A stretch of 64,000 nucleotides of DNA from Eledone cirrhosa (GCA_964016885.1 OZ024743.1:189348001-189412000), one strand, 5' to 3'. Positions 26,271-40,189 are shown, counted from the first letter of the stretch. Numbers and translations are program-made. Notes: a model not told the origin generated them from the sequence alone.

Positions 26271-27800
26271 ACATAGAATCAAAAAGAGAAGAAATTCCAA
26301 ACATGGAAGCATGGCCTAGAATCAAAAGGCTTTAAAATTAACCTGTCTAAGACTAAAGTTCTAGTTTGTAGGAAGGAAAATAGGGCACCGGTCCCATCTG
26401 GGAAATGGCCATGCTCAGTGTGTAGGAACGGAGTAGGCAGAAACTCCATTTTATGTCCAAAATGCAAAGTATGGGTGCATAAAAGATGTAGTGGGATCAC
26501 AGGTAAGCTAACTAAGAATATAGATTTTATATGTGGCCGGTGCGCAGGTGCAATAAGTAGCAGCATGTGCCCACAGAATACTAGCTCATTCCATTGCACA
26601 GATGGTTCTATAGAAATAGTGGACACCTTCCGTTACCTGGGTGACAAAATCAGCAGTGGGGGAGGGTGCTCTGAAAGTACAGTAGCTAGAGTCAGAACGG
26701 GATGGAAAAAGTTCAGAGAGCTTATACCACTATTGGCCGCTAAAGGGTTCTCTCTAAAAATGAAAGGCAGGCTGTATGATGCCTGCATACGAACAGCAAT
26801 GTTACATGGCAGTGAGACTTGGGTATTGTGTGCAGAGGATATACGCATACTGGAGAGGAACGAAGCTTGCATGCTCCGCTGGATGTGTAATAGTAATATA
26901 CGTGAACGGCAAAGCATAAACGAACTAAGGGAGAAATTAGGAATAAGAGGGATCAGATGCTGTTTACTCGAGAGAAGACTACGTTGGTATGGTCACGTGA
27001 TGCGCACGAAAGACAACAGCTGTATAAAAAAGTGCAGAGCGATAAAAATAGACGGTAGCCGCGGAGTAGGCAGACCCAGAAAAACCTGGGACGACTTGAT
27101 AAATTCCGACCTCACACACTTACACCTCTCCAAGACAATGTCACTGGACCGAGATCTTTGGTGCTACACAGTAATACAGAAGACCCGCCTAGCCTAAGTA
27201 GAAAAGCGAAACCTACAGTCAGTAGGCAACTCTAACAAAAATACACCCCCGTCCCACTACCCCCACCCCATCCTCACCACCCCTTTCGATGTAAAGTTAT
27301 GTTGGTACCACAACATCCAGTCCGAAATAAATGAGGTCGTGTAGGTGTCATGAAAAAAAACACACAGTCCACGCTGTAATGTGGCCGTGTAGGTAACACG
27401 GTAAAAACCTCCCAGTCCACACTGTAAACGTGGTTGGTGTTAGGAAGGGCATCCAACTGTAGAAAACCCGCCAGACAGTCCACGCTGTAATGTGGCCGTG
27501 TAGGCAACACGGTAAAAACCTCCCAGTCCACACTGTAAACGTGGTTGGTGTTAGGAAGGGCATCCAGCTGTAGAAAACCCGCCAGACAGTCCACGCTGTA
27601 ATGTGGCCGTGTAGGCAACACGGTAAAAACCTCCCAGTCCACACTGTAAACGTGGTTGGTGTTAGGAAGGGCATCCAGCCGTAGAGAAAACCCGCCAGAC
27701 AGTCTTATACGAACAAGACAACCAATCTTTCCTCAAGTGGGGAAATTCCCGTCCAAACCCATGCAAGCGTGGAAGATGGACGTTAAACGATGATGATGAT
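26271..27800 (+). mobile_element. 5'-truncated RTE-clade LINE (RT thumb with Cys-rich insert plus 3' UTR), open frame to 27197
   Basis: KINLSKTKVL..CRNGVGRNSILCPKCKVWVHKRC..FRYLG..LHGSETW..RRLRWYGHVMR..GRPRKTW; ends in (GAT)n. Confidence 0.92.
27364..27704 (+). repeat. 3 x 111-bp tandem repeat in the RTE 3' UTR
   Basis: ACAGTCCACGCTGTAATG at 27364, 27475 and 27586. Confidence 0.92.
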
Positions 27801-28999
27801 GTATAAAAATTCAATAATTATGAGAAGACATCTGTAAAGTTAGCATTAACATGAATCAAAAGAACATCATTGTGTAGTTGCTTACTATGTTAGAAATAGG
27901 AGCAAACATTTCATTAAAATGAGCACAGACTACTTTGATGAAAACAAAGAAGGTCATATTAGATAATGTTGTCCCAGATCCAATATGGTTGACAGATAAA
28001 GAAAGGAAAGATATTCATGGTTGGGACGTTTTTCACATTAGATCTGCCCCATCAAGTCTGAACTGGAACTTAACAACACCAAAATCAGTAAGTTCCATGT
28101 CAACGTATTTTATCCATTACTTGAAAATAATAAAGAATTTAATATTTAGTCAAACATGTAGAAAAAGTAAGTAAAATTGAAAAAGAATGTAAATGCTATA
28201 AATGAGGGGAGAAGGAAAAAGGCAAGGATTATTAAACAATGAAAGAAAAAAAGGAAGAAGGACTCTACACCTAGCTAAAGAAATGTAAAATATGCCGTGA
28301 GACAAATATATTAATTGATAATAAATATTATTTTTTCATTTAGTTCTGGTATGTACAATCATCGTTTAACGTCCATCTTCCACGCTAGCATATATTTGCG
28401 AATATAGAAGAAAAATAGTTTACAAACTAAATAATCCTTCCTTGCAAAATGTATTTACGCAATATATTTTTAATAAAATAATTATTCTCATTTAGCTTTT
28501 TAATGTTACATTTATTTAAATATGTGGATAGTTTATTATGTGCAAGGAATCATACAATTATTTAAATTCAGTTCTCTTTCTCTCTCTAGCATTAAACTGA
28601 TATATATCTTTATAGCACTGTATCGTTTGCTGAGTTATCTGTTCACTTTCTGCATCTGAAGACGGATTAATTATTCCAATACTGGTTGTTTTAATTTATT
28701 GAAATAATTAATAATTGTTTCTACTTTAGGCAAAAGCGACAGGATCACAAAGGATAGATATAGAAAATAAACAAATAAAATATATATTTAGAGAGAGAGA
28801 GAGAAAAGAAAAGAGAGACAGATAGATAGATAGATTTCTGCTCGTAAAACCTGTCCAACAAATTAGCTGACTTTACTTGAAAGATTTATCCAGTCACTCT
28901 TTCCTGAGACAATCTAACCACATATCTGTAATATCAGTATTGTGATCTCTCAATTCAGAGAAGTAATAGCTCTACCTAGAGCAGCTGTCTGATCGTTGA

Positions 29000-29800
29000 G
29001 CTATGCACTCTATTGCATAGCATTATTTCAAAAATCCCTCTGAAGAACTCCATTTTGGCCACTTGTATTCATATTCTTTTGGTCATTATCCAGGTTTCAT
29101 GTCCATAGGTGAAGGTTGGCAAGAACACTGAATTAATGATATTGAGTTTGGTTTTGACACCTAATTGCCTTCTTTGGATGATTGAATGCTGAAGCTGACA
29201 CATTACTGCACCAGCTCCAGTAATTATTGCACTTAATTCAGCTGCCTTCCTTCCATCACTCATGATACTTGTACTTCTCCATCTGCTTCAGTGAAACTCC
29301 ACTAACATATACATTGCACTACACAGGCAGGCTTCCTTGAGAAGATCAGAGTCTCAATCTTCACAGCACTGATTTTCATTCCTGCCAAGCAGCACTCAGA
29401 GGCAAACATATCTGATGAGTTATATAGTATCATGTTGTCAGCCAGCAAAATCCAGCCAACTGATCTTATACATGTTGGTTTTGATACCACTTCCAACCTG
29501 GTTGCACATGGCAACCCTGTTTATGAAGATTATCAGCAAAAGAGAAGCCAGTACACACACTTGGTGGAGTCTGACAGCCACTTTGAATGGATTCAACATT
29601 GCACCATTTATCTGAACACAAATTCTAGAAACATCATGGTAACTAGAAGCTATTTAATGATCCCATGCTCCTACAGAACTTTCAACAACAAATCCTGTGG
29701 TATGTGGTCATATTCCTGTTTGCGATTTACAAAACAAGCATACACCTTCTGAAATATTTTTAATATTTTTACAGTTCCATAAATTGATGGTACTTGCAAC
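29000..29800 (-). mobile_element. Highly decayed RTE-like LINE RT fragment
   Basis: LLADNM..MKISAVKIETLIF..SVFLPTFTYGHETWIMTK. Confidence 0.6.
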
Positions 29801-30210
29801 TTCCTGACTAGCCAAGCATTTTTTGGTTCTGTAAAGCCTGGCTTCTCGAGACATGAACCAATGTAGTTAATAACATATCCCAGATTCCTATGATTATAGG
29901 TACGAATCTAAAGCTATAGCCAGTGTAAAAATTTGCTGATTCCTCATTAATTTAGTATAAATGTTCTCTTTTCTTACTTATCTTTAGCATTACATTGGCA
30001 TTTGTTAGGTTGGTGATTTCCACTACAGTGCATGCATTTCTTCTGTCCTATATCACTATCTCTGCTCTGTTTTGCTTGCAATTTATTAGGGTGTTGACTT
30101 GAAGATTCCACCCATACTCATTCATATTATGTAACGTTTTTGTATTTTTATTTTCAGGTCAAACTTTCTATGGTTTGCATTTTATCATGATTTAGCCACT
30201 ACATCATGCC

Positions 30211-30287
<77 letters not shown>

Positions 30288-30288
<1 letters not shown>

Positions 30289-31080
30289 GATGACGTAATG
30301 AATTCTCGATGGTTATATTACGTAACTATCTTTATCCCATTACAGAAACTAATTAGTTGGAGTGAAAATTTTAGTAAGTAAGTTAATTTTTAATATTTTT
30401 TATTTTTTTTTATTTTACGTCTTTCATATAATTGTTCTGCATCCTCCTGCATTGAACCACCTAGGTACTATGACATAACTTATGTATTTGCTAGCATTAG
30501 TGTACATCTGTACGCATATGTTGGTAGATATACTAATTCTCTATATTTATCTCCAATTATTTATTTGTTGAGCAAACCTGCCAAATCCACTACTAATTCA
30601 TTGGTGTGGTAGTAGGCTTTTGTCATGTTACCAACCCACTCCTTCCGACTAGCCTCAGTGTCACGTGATTGATTCTTCAGAATCTGCCATTTGACCAGAG
30701 ACAGCGAACTTTTTCAGTCCATGGAATCAAGTTCCCGCTAGCTGTTCCATCCACCGAATTATTATTATTTTTATATGAGTCCCTAGTGTCCGCGCATTGC
30801 CTGGAGACTTAGCTGAGAATAGACTCCCTGATGACGTAATGAATTCTCGATGGTTATATTACGTAAGTATCTTTATCCCATTACAGAAACTAATTAGTTG
30901 GAGTGAAAATTTTAGTAAGTAAGTTAATTTTTAATTTTCTTTTTTAATTTTCTTATTTTACGTCTTTCATATAATTGTTCTGCATCCTCCTGCATTGAAC
31001 CACCTAGGTACTATGACATAACTTATGTATTTGCTAGCATTAGTGTACATCTGTACGCATATGTTGACAGATATACTAAT

Positions 31081-31085
<5 letters not shown>
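30288..31085 (+). mobile_element. PLE pseudo-LTR-like partial tandem (541-bp period)
   Basis: TGATGACGTAATG at 30288 and 30829; about 255 bp duplicated; flanked by (TA)n. Confidence 0.85.
30823..30904 (+). ncRNA. Type I hammerhead ribozyme
   Basis: ACTCC-CTGATGA-C-GTAATG..CATTAC-A-GAAA-CTAATTAG-TT-GGAGT; palindromic stem III. Confidence 0.8.
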
Positions 31086-31112
<27 letters not shown>

Positions 31113-31146
31113 CATATATACACACACAAACATATATATATATATA

Positions 31147-31987
31147 TGTAGCGAAATCTATCCGCGCCTTGAACCTTGAGTGACATCTAAAGATCAAATT
31201 CTAGATCACCACATATATTGTGTTAACAGGTTGATGCGTTGGCTATTCCCTCAGGCTGGGGAGACAGGAAGCGATAGCTATATAAAGCCTATATTTTCCC
31301 ACTTTACATACAGAGACATTGGAGCGATAGGATACACAACTAACTATGTAAAGATTAACCACTAACAGACCCCAGAGGTCTACAGAAAAGCCAGAAACAT
31401 CGGAGCATTGCGCTAGCAGCTAACTATGTAGGGATTCACCACTATCAACGGACCCCGTGAGGTCTACAGATACACACACAAAGATTGGAGCCCTACTACT
31501 ACAGACCATGTACATGCCACAGTGGTCTACCACCAATTACAGACCATTCAGAGATATACAAACCATATCTCTCTCTCTCTTACTAACTACGGTCTCACAA
31601 CTACTACCACGGACTCCAAATTCCAACAACAACAACAATTATCTGTCGCTTGCTGTTTTCACTCCAACAACAACAACAATTATCTGTCGCTCGCTGTTTT
31701 CATACCAACAACAACAGACTACAACAACCTCATATCAGCAGCAATAACTACATTAACAAATCTTGGTAACTGTTTTATATGTACTTTTTAATTGATTCAC
31801 GTGAAGTAAACTATATATAACCAAATCATTTATTCTTTATATTTTCGTTATTACACCTATTCTTATTATTCATGTTATTTCCTCTAACAATTTTGTTATT
31901 ACATTTAACAATCTTGTTATTATCACATATCTAAATAACCAAATATATCCATCAAACTTACTTATAATACCCTTCGTTTATTCTACA
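31147..31987 (+). mobile_element. Putative LTR (TGTAG..CTACA)
   Basis: 5-bp terminal inverted repeats, internal TATATAAA, short internal duplications; no TSD seen. Confidence 0.45.
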
Positions 31988-32012
31988 GTGGAGTAGGGTT
32001 ATCGGATTTTGA

Positions 32013-32092
32013 GCTCTGCTGACGATCGATTCCAACCGTGACCATCCCCACTGAAAGCTTCGTGAAATAGTCTTTTTAAGACTATACAGAGC
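32013..32092 (+). ncRNA. Type I hammerhead ribozyme (homologue of 6938-7018)
   Basis: GCTCTG-CTGACGA-TCGA..TCGT-GAAA-TAGTCTTTTTAAGACTA-TA-CAGAGC. Confidence 0.82.
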
Positions 32093-33704
32093 ATTTGTAG
32101 TTTTTCCAAATTGTAGGATGAGTATTTAGACTTTATTTATTCTGAATTAAGGCTCTATTGATTTTTCCCTGGATTTCACAAAATTCTGTGGATAAGTCAA
32201 TGTCTTGATTTTTTTAAAATTGAGTTTGAATTATTTTCCCACATCTTACGTTAACTATTTTTCCATTTTGACGTTATAGTCACTTATATATTATGAAATA
32301 CTCTTGGCTTCATGCTCACAATAATTTCTATACTTTCATTTATATATATATATACATATATACACATATACATTTATATATATATATATGCGTGTGTGTT
32401 TGTGCGTGTGTTTATGTATATATGTATATATGTATATATGTATGAATGTGTGCATGTATGTATATTAACTATATATAATGTCTCGCAATAAAATATATGA
32501 TAAATAATGTTATCAGATAGATGTGCTGACATTGCATCTATTATTGTTACTTTTCATAGACTACGACACTACACACACAAAGAATAAGTAAAACAGCTGG
32601 TACATTGCTGAATAGCTAAAAGGTATTCCTTTAAATAATACTTCAAATTTAAAACTGTTCACCAGGTCACTGCAAATGTAGTTAATCTAAAGGCAATGTC
32701 TTTTACTACATAATCAATCTATTGTATTTTGTATTCTTATTCTCTGTGTAAAATGCCATCCTACTTTGTTCCCAATTCTTTTGAATGACCTATTGTAGTT
32801 GTGTTCAATAGCTGCTGTCATATGCTGTAGCTAGAATGTCTTTCTTTGTTGCAGAGTTTCCCAACATTTCTGCCACTTGAGATTTTATAGTTAGACTCTT
32901 CCTCTTGAGATATGCCATTTTATTCACCAACTAAGTGTTGCTGTTACTTTTATATTGACAGCTAACTACATATGTTATGCTGAATTGAAAGACAAATGTG
33001 CTATTTGTGATGAATAGAAATTTAGGTGACTGCATATATTTTCAATATCTATACCCCCAACAAACAAACAACAGAAAAAAATTGAACATTTATTGCTGTG
33101 ATGAGATGCATAATCTTAAAATGATATTGGCATCAAAGTTTTCTGGAACAGACAATCATCTTCTGATACTCAACTCAATGTGAGAGATATCGTCATCACC
33201 ATCACCACCATTTACTGTCTATTTTCCATGCTTGTGTGGATTAGATAGGTTGTTAATTATGAGGCAAGACAGGTCAGGTGATCATGTCATGCTTATATGC
33301 TCTGCTTTTTGCTTGGTTTTATAATAGCCCTTCCTAATGTCTACCATTTTACAGGGTGGACTGAGTGCTTTTTCGGCATGGCACTAGTGCTACCAATTTA
33401 CAGAGTGGATCATGTGCCTTTTGCTGGGGAACCAGTATCACCACCTTACAGTTATAGGGAATTCAAAATAAAATTACTGGTACTGTCAAGGAAAATGTTT
33501 TTAATATATTCTTTTTTCGGTGGAGATTGTATATGTATATGTTTATGCTAGTATAATTTAGGGAAATATCTCAAAATTATCATTTTAAAAAGTCTACTTG
33601 CTAGTGGATGAATGTGTATGTCCATTTGTATGAAAGATTAATTTGTTTAGCATGGGGTGATAAGTTTTGAAAATATTCTTTACAATCAAATGAGAGAACC
33701 CTTA

Positions 33705-33893
33705 TAATTGTTTCTATTTTTGGCACAAGACCAGCAATTACCCAGTGCATTACTGGTACTTTATTTTATCGACCCCGTAAGGATGAAAGGCAAAGTTAAT
33801 TTCGGCGAGATTTGAACTGAGAATGGCAAGGGCCATAACTCTATGCTGCAAAGCATGGCGTCCGACTCTCTACCGATACTGCCAATCCACCGC
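33705..33893 (-). mobile_element. SINE family A, near full length
   Basis: Minus strand GGCGGTGGATTGGCAGTATCGGTAGAG..GTTCAAAT..CCTTTCATCCTTACGGGGTCGATAAA. Confidence 0.88.
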
Positions 33894-35072
33894 CTGAGAG
33901 AACCCTTATAATATTCCCAGTCGAAAAAATAACTGTGAGATCTGTTTCCCATTATGCTAACAATACACTGAATGATGGTTTAAAATATACATTAAAAAAG
34001 GCAATGGTCATTGCTGGAATACCTTTAACTCAAGGTCTGCTTTGATCTATGCTGACTGAGGGTCTAAATAACAGTAACATGCTTAGAATGTTGTCTTTAT
34101 AATGTTTGTTGTTGTTTTCTTTTGTGAATTAAGGATTTGATGTTCAATAACTTAATTTTCACGGACAACAACATAATTCTATGGATTTGAAAGTAAATAT
34201 TTGAGGTAGAGTATAAAACTGTTATTATGAATATTGATTTCTTACTTTGGCACAAAATTATAAAAGAGGAAGATATGGATACAATTATTAGAATCATTCT
34301 TAATATAATATTGGTACTTATTTTATTGACCTGGAGGTTGGAAAGGTAAATTTGACTATACAAGAACAAAATTACATATTTTAAGACATCTTATTCAGTT
34401 TCCACCTTTCTAACAATCTTATATATAGAGAAGTAACCAATATTTAGTCACTGGAAAAGGTTGGTCATTGATTGTTGACATTGTTTTGTATTGAATTGGA
34501 AATAAAACTCATTTATATCAGTGTCTCATTTATATCAGTGTCAATTTTTTCAAACTTTTTCCCTGTAGCAACTTAAATAATTTTTTCCTTCCCCATTTAC
34601 TTTGTTCTGGTCTTCCCCCATCCCTCGTTCTCAAAATATACACACACACCACTGACCAGGAAGATATTCTTTATACAGACAGGTTGTTTACACCTGTATA
34701 TTAGTTTCAGCAAAATCTATAGATATCTTTATTAAAAGAAAAAAGCACTACATGAATAGTATATATATATATATACAATTGCAAGTTTGAAGAACTATTA
34801 GATAAAATATATTCAATCTTTCTTCACCCTAGTCCGTAGAAATCAACTAGATAAATAATCATTTAAACAAGGCTATAAGTTTAAAATGTAACTTTGAAGA
34901 AATAATAGACAAATCATACAGACTATTCTCCATGAGGAACAGTCACATAAAATTTATCCAGTCTTTCCTCTTAGCCCGTAGAAATTAACTAGACAAATAA
35001 TCAATTAAACGGAGCTAAGTCTAAAATATAAGTTAGAAGAAAAATGCATATAAACTTCACCAAAATTCCTCT

Positions 35073-35160
35073 AGTCTCGACTATCGATAGTTTCACTCAT
35101 ACTTTGTGGATATGTCCAATCTTGGTATTATCCATGAGGTTTAGAGCTTATCAAGAGACT
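35073..35160 (-). ncRNA. Type I hammerhead motif, U3-A8 core variant
   Basis: Minus strand AGTCTC-TTGATAA-GCTC..GAGT-GAAA-CTATCGATAG-TC-GAGACT; all stems intact. Confidence 0.8.
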
Positions 35161-35442
35161 TCCTCAAGTTTGGACTAAAATTTCTACAGTGATCGCCACC
35201 AGAAATGAATTCAAAATGGCTAAGAATCATCACGTGACCAGCGGTCAAAGTAGAAGGTTGTGAATGGTGGCCAGGTGGCACGTAGGTTGGCTGCTAGAAA
35301 GAGCAGTTAGAAACCACCTAAAGTTTTACTCAACCGAACAGGAGTATATATTAAATTCATAGGGATATATGTATGAGTGTGGCTACCTTTCACGGTGTGG
35401 CTCAATGAAAAATTTAATTAAGCAAATAATATATATATGTGT

Positions 35443-35783
35443 GGAGGCACATGGCTTAGTGGTTAGAGCATTGGCCTTGCAATCGAAAGGTTGTGAGTTC
35501 AATTCTCAGACCAGGTGATGTGTTGTTTCCTTGAGCAGGACACTTTATTTTACATTGCTCCAGTTTACTCAGCTGTAGAAATGAGATGATAGGGACTGGG
35601 TCCATATCATTCCACTGCAAAGTGGTCATAGAAGAGCCACGCCAAAAAAGCACCCAGCACTCACTGTAAATGAAGTTGGTGTTAGGAAGGGCATCCAGCT
35701 GTAGAAATCAAGCTAGAATCAGTTCCCGTCCCACCCTTGCAAGCAGGGAAAAGCGGAGATAAAAAAAAATGATGATGATGATG
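35443..35783 (+). mobile_element. tRNA-derived SINE family B
   Basis: GGCTTAGTGGTTAGAGC..GAGTTCAATTC head; RTE-like tail ending in (GAT)n. Confidence 0.85.
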
Positions 35784-35834
35784 CTGTGTGTGTGTGTTTG
35801 TATAATACATCTATATAGGTACTTTCTACTTGGT

Positions 35835-36600
35835 TATCTCTTTCTCTCTCTGCAGAGGACCTAAGTAGATTGGAAAGAAATGAAGCTCGTATGCACCAAT
35901 GGATGTGTAATAGTAATAATATACATGAACAGAAAAGAGATGGATACAATTGATGAACTGAGAGAAACAGCATAAAAGGGGACAGATGCAGTGTGCAGGA
36001 GAAGAGATTGCGAGGGTATGGACATGTGATGTGTATGGCAGATGACAGCTGTAGAAAGTGGTGCAGGGAACTTGAAGTTGAAGGAAACTATGGAAAGCAT
36101 GGGATGGATAAAAACTGACCCTAAACAATTAAACCTCTCAAAGGATCACGATTTCTGGCATTATGCAGTATTGCAGAAAATCTGCCTTCCCATGTGAACA
36201 GGTGACAACAAAAGTCACTTGTCTACTACGTAAAAACACGACATAAAAAAAGCACCCTGCTCACTCTGTAAGGTGATTGTGTTGGTGACACAACAAAAAG
36301 CACCCAGTCCACCCTTTAATGGGGTCATGTTCATGACAGGACAAAAAGCACCCACTACACTGTTTAAAGTGGTCGTGATGGGGGCAGGATCAAAAAGTAC
36401 CCAGTCCAACCTGTTAGATCATTGTTTTAGTGCCATGATAAAAGGCACCCAGTGCACGCTGTAAATGTGGTTAACATTAGGAAGGGCTTCCAACCATAGA
36501 TACTAAGCCAAAAACATCTATATGAGCAAGCCATGGTCACCTGCTCTGACTTGATTCATAATAGGACAACTCATCTAACCCATGCTAGTGTAGAAATGTG
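35835..36600 (+). mobile_element. Decayed RTE LINE 3' fragment
   Basis: DNA similarity to about 26830-27780 (GCAGAGGA..GGATGTGTAATAGTAAT..GGTATGGACATGTGATG). Confidence 0.7.
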
Positions 36601-38619
36601 ACACTAGAATTACCATATTAAAGAGTGGACTGGGTGTTTTTTCTTGGAACCAGCACCACCTTATTAAAACACTAGGGTGCTCAGTGTTCTTGGTCTGGCT
36701 TGGGAGACATTGATGGGGGTTTTGCCAGAGGTACAGACATTACACTGCCAAGAGGAACAGAGATAGGGTCATGTACATGGTATTTAAGCAAGTTGATTGT
36801 GTCTGGGATGCTGTGGAGTGTGCCTGGCTTCCCTTGATTGCCTAAATGTATGTATGTATGCTGGGATGGGATGGAGTGCTGTCATATACTACTTGTGAGG
36901 GGTGGGAGTGTATCTGATCATCAGGGTGGCCTTGGAACATGTGGGTGCATGGTTGGATGATGTCTAACATTGTGGAATGTGCCTAGCCTTTCATGTTAGC
37001 CTGAATTCAAGCAAGTGGGTGGTATCATTTTCAGGGTGTATCTGGCTTTCCATAGTGGTCTGGGTAAACCAGGAGTAGTCTCAATAGCACAAGATTTCAG
37101 TAGGGAATGTGCATCAGTCACATTTTGTCCATCATAGCATGAATTGAATAAGGGAATCAGGAGTGGTCAAGAAAGTGAGGACCTGAGAATTGTTCCATTT
37201 CCCTGCTTCTTAAGGTTTAGGGTGAGGGAAGGGGATCAGCAGTATACTGCCAAGGAATTGAAGAGTATACTGGTGGTGGTGGGGGGCATCCACCTTGTGT
37301 TCATTTCATCCTACTTGTGTGGAATTATCGTTCTTAATATTTAACAATGGTTTGATGCATGCATAGAGAAAAGACATCTTCATCATATGTTCCATTTTGG
37401 CATGGTTTCTATGGCATCACCACTACTCTATTACAAGACGCACATGCACAAATACTTACTTATATAGGGAGGTCAAAAAGTCACTTCTTACCTATTTTTA
37501 TTAATAAAACATTATAAATTAACTCAAAACTTTTTAAAATTAAATTTCATAATTGGATCTTGATTTTATTCAATTTTAAATCCCAAAGAAAAAAATATAA
37601 TATTTTAATATTAAAAAAAAATTGTGAATTTTTCTTAATAGGAAGGGACTTTTGGTCTACGCGGTATGTAAAGGATATAGAAGAACAAATTCCTCCTTGT
37701 ACAAAAAGCTTCTTTGAAATTTCAATCATTAATTCTCCCCCCCCCCCTACTTTTGAAATTGATTTCTCACTTTTTCTTTATTTATATCAATAAAATAAAA
37801 ATTAATAATTTAAATATTACCAAATCTGTTGATATTAAGTTCCTTCTTGCATTGATTTGGAACATTTAATATTATGATTGTTGCTTCATTTAGCAACTGC
37901 CTAGTGATGGTTAGTTTTAGTTATTCTGATCATGTTTAGTCTTGCAAAACCAATAATTAATCAATGAATATGTATTTACAATGTGAGTTCATGACCATAT
38001 TTTTTCATGTATAATACAAGACATTTTGATCAAAAATTAATTACAAAAAGTGGGGTCATAATATACATGAGTACATGTTTTCAGATATTTTTGACTGAGC
38101 TTGAAAATGCTTTTTTTCAAATGGCAAGATTACAAATACTGGTTGACGGCATTTACAAACGATATTTCATATACTGTCATTTGTAGACCAGTGCAATTGA
38201 ATGTCATTTGGAAATTGATAAAATGAATTAATAAAGGGACTACATAAAGCCTCTCTTGTTTGGATAACATTATTGTTACAACTGAAGCCAAACTGTTATA
38301 AAACAAATGTACTTTTTCCAGCATGAATAATAGGGCAATAATTCCCAACCCATGAAGTTCTTATTTGCTAAACAGATTTTCTTTTATTTGTCTGCACACA
38401 TTGTCAGGTTTGGAAATTAGAATAAATTGTTTGTGACCCATAAAGCAATAGAATTCAAGAGGTAAATAACACTAACATAGTTATACTGCTTAAAATGTTC
38501 ACTGATGCTAGTCAGCTTAAACTGCAAAACTGTACTATTGTTTATGTGGGGATAAAAATATTTTTATGAACATTTAGAATTAAACAGACTTAATTAGAAA
38601 ACAGCAACAAAAACATACC

Positions 38620-39180
38620 AACTGCCTTTGAATCCATTGAAACACGTTTGGCTCATTTCTGTCCGTTCTTTGCATATGCTCTGCATCTACTGACCATGTT
38701 TCACTCCCGTGCAACAGCACACTTTTGATGCAGGTATCATACAGCTTCCCTTTCATTATCATCATCATCATTTTACGTCCGCTTTTCCCTGCTTGCAAGG
38801 GTTGGACATAGTTAGTGTTATTGTTGTTGTTTTTGTGCGATTGCTTGATGACGGTCGGGGGGTTCTCACACATGACTGCACCAGCCACCCCACTACCGTG
38901 CGCAGCCCTAAAGTGGTATTGCTGTTGATGCAGTTATTGCAATTCTTATTTGTTGGGCTCATAATTTTGCCATTTATTATACTGGTTGGATGCCCTTCCT
39001 AACACCAGCACCACTTTACAGCATGGACTGGGTGCTTTTATTCATGCCACCAGCACTAGAGAGGTTGTCTTACTGCACTCAGGGACCCTCTTTACCCCTC
39101 CATTTTATAGCATAGACTGGGTGCTTTTATTCGTGCCACCAGCACTAGAGAGGTCGTCTTACTGGACTCAGGTGCCCTAT
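38620..39180 (-). mobile_element. RTE LINE and RTE-tail fragments
   Basis: MKGKLYDTCIKSVLLHGSETW; GGATGCCCTTCCTAACACC tail motif. Confidence 0.65.
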
Positions 39181-39971
39181 CCACCCCTCATTAGTAGAGA
39201 GAAACCTATTGTTGTCAACAGAGGTAATATTTCTTTGAACCTTTTCCAGCCTGTTTTTATTCTAGCAGCTATATGTTTAGGACAACCTCCTCCATTGCAA
39301 ATAAAGTCAACTAGTTAACAGAAGTTATCAACTACTTCTATGGAGTTTTTCTAGAATTGGAGAAATTTATTACACTGAATCTCTTACTAATAATTACCCT
39401 TGTTCTGACTAATATACTTTTAACCACAATGTATATATATATTTCTATTTATTTTTTAAATACACACACCTGTATACTCATACAATCTCTTTTCTAATTC
39501 TATAAAAGAACTAAATCAAACATATTTACCCATGTATGTATCACAAAATTATCTATTATTTTCCCTGCAGATGGTATTTTTCAATTATTTAATATATCTA
39601 CCAGGTATATAAATGTAAATTCTTAATCAAAAGCACACATGTTTTTCATTTCTCCAGTGAAAACTGGATTTGGGCCTTATAAGAAAACATCTTAATATCT
39701 TAACATCTTTGTAATGAAGATAAATCAAACGATGTTTATCAAATGGTATTTCAGAATATATTTGAATATTTGTATATGAAATTGTTCCCAAGCAGCTGGA
39801 ATATTGGATGAATAAATATCTATGTAGTAACAACGAAATATTTACCCAAAACTGTGTTAATGTCGAAACAAATACACCGACTTGGACCGGGGATGGGCTT
39901 TACCAAGAATGAAATGCTCATGACTTGCCATATATCATAAAGGTTTCTCTATGACTCCATCAGTTTCTACA

Positions 39972-40004
<33 letters not shown>

Positions 40005-40189
40005 GTTGATAGAAATATAATACCACAAAAAATTCCATTGCATATTAGAAAAATAGAAAAATGTATGCTGATATATGGAAAATTATAGGATAAGTGACAA
40101 TGATTTTTACATGTAAACAAAAACAAAGCAACTACACTCTTCACCAACAAAGAGGGGAAATAAAACAGAAATTATGATTGGAGACAGTA

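Noticed and set aside
27364-27704. Regularly spaced repeats that might suggest a CRISPR array
   Set aside because: Whole units are identical with no unique spacers, in a eukaryotic LINE UTR
28650-28692. CTGAAGA-C-GGA..TCC-AATA-CTGG-TT
   Set aside because: GAAA is destroyed and there is no stem I; possible fossil HHR, too degraded to call
35447-35515. tRNA-like sequence
   Set aside because: No acceptor stem, and it continues into the SINE body; a SINE head rather than a tRNA gene
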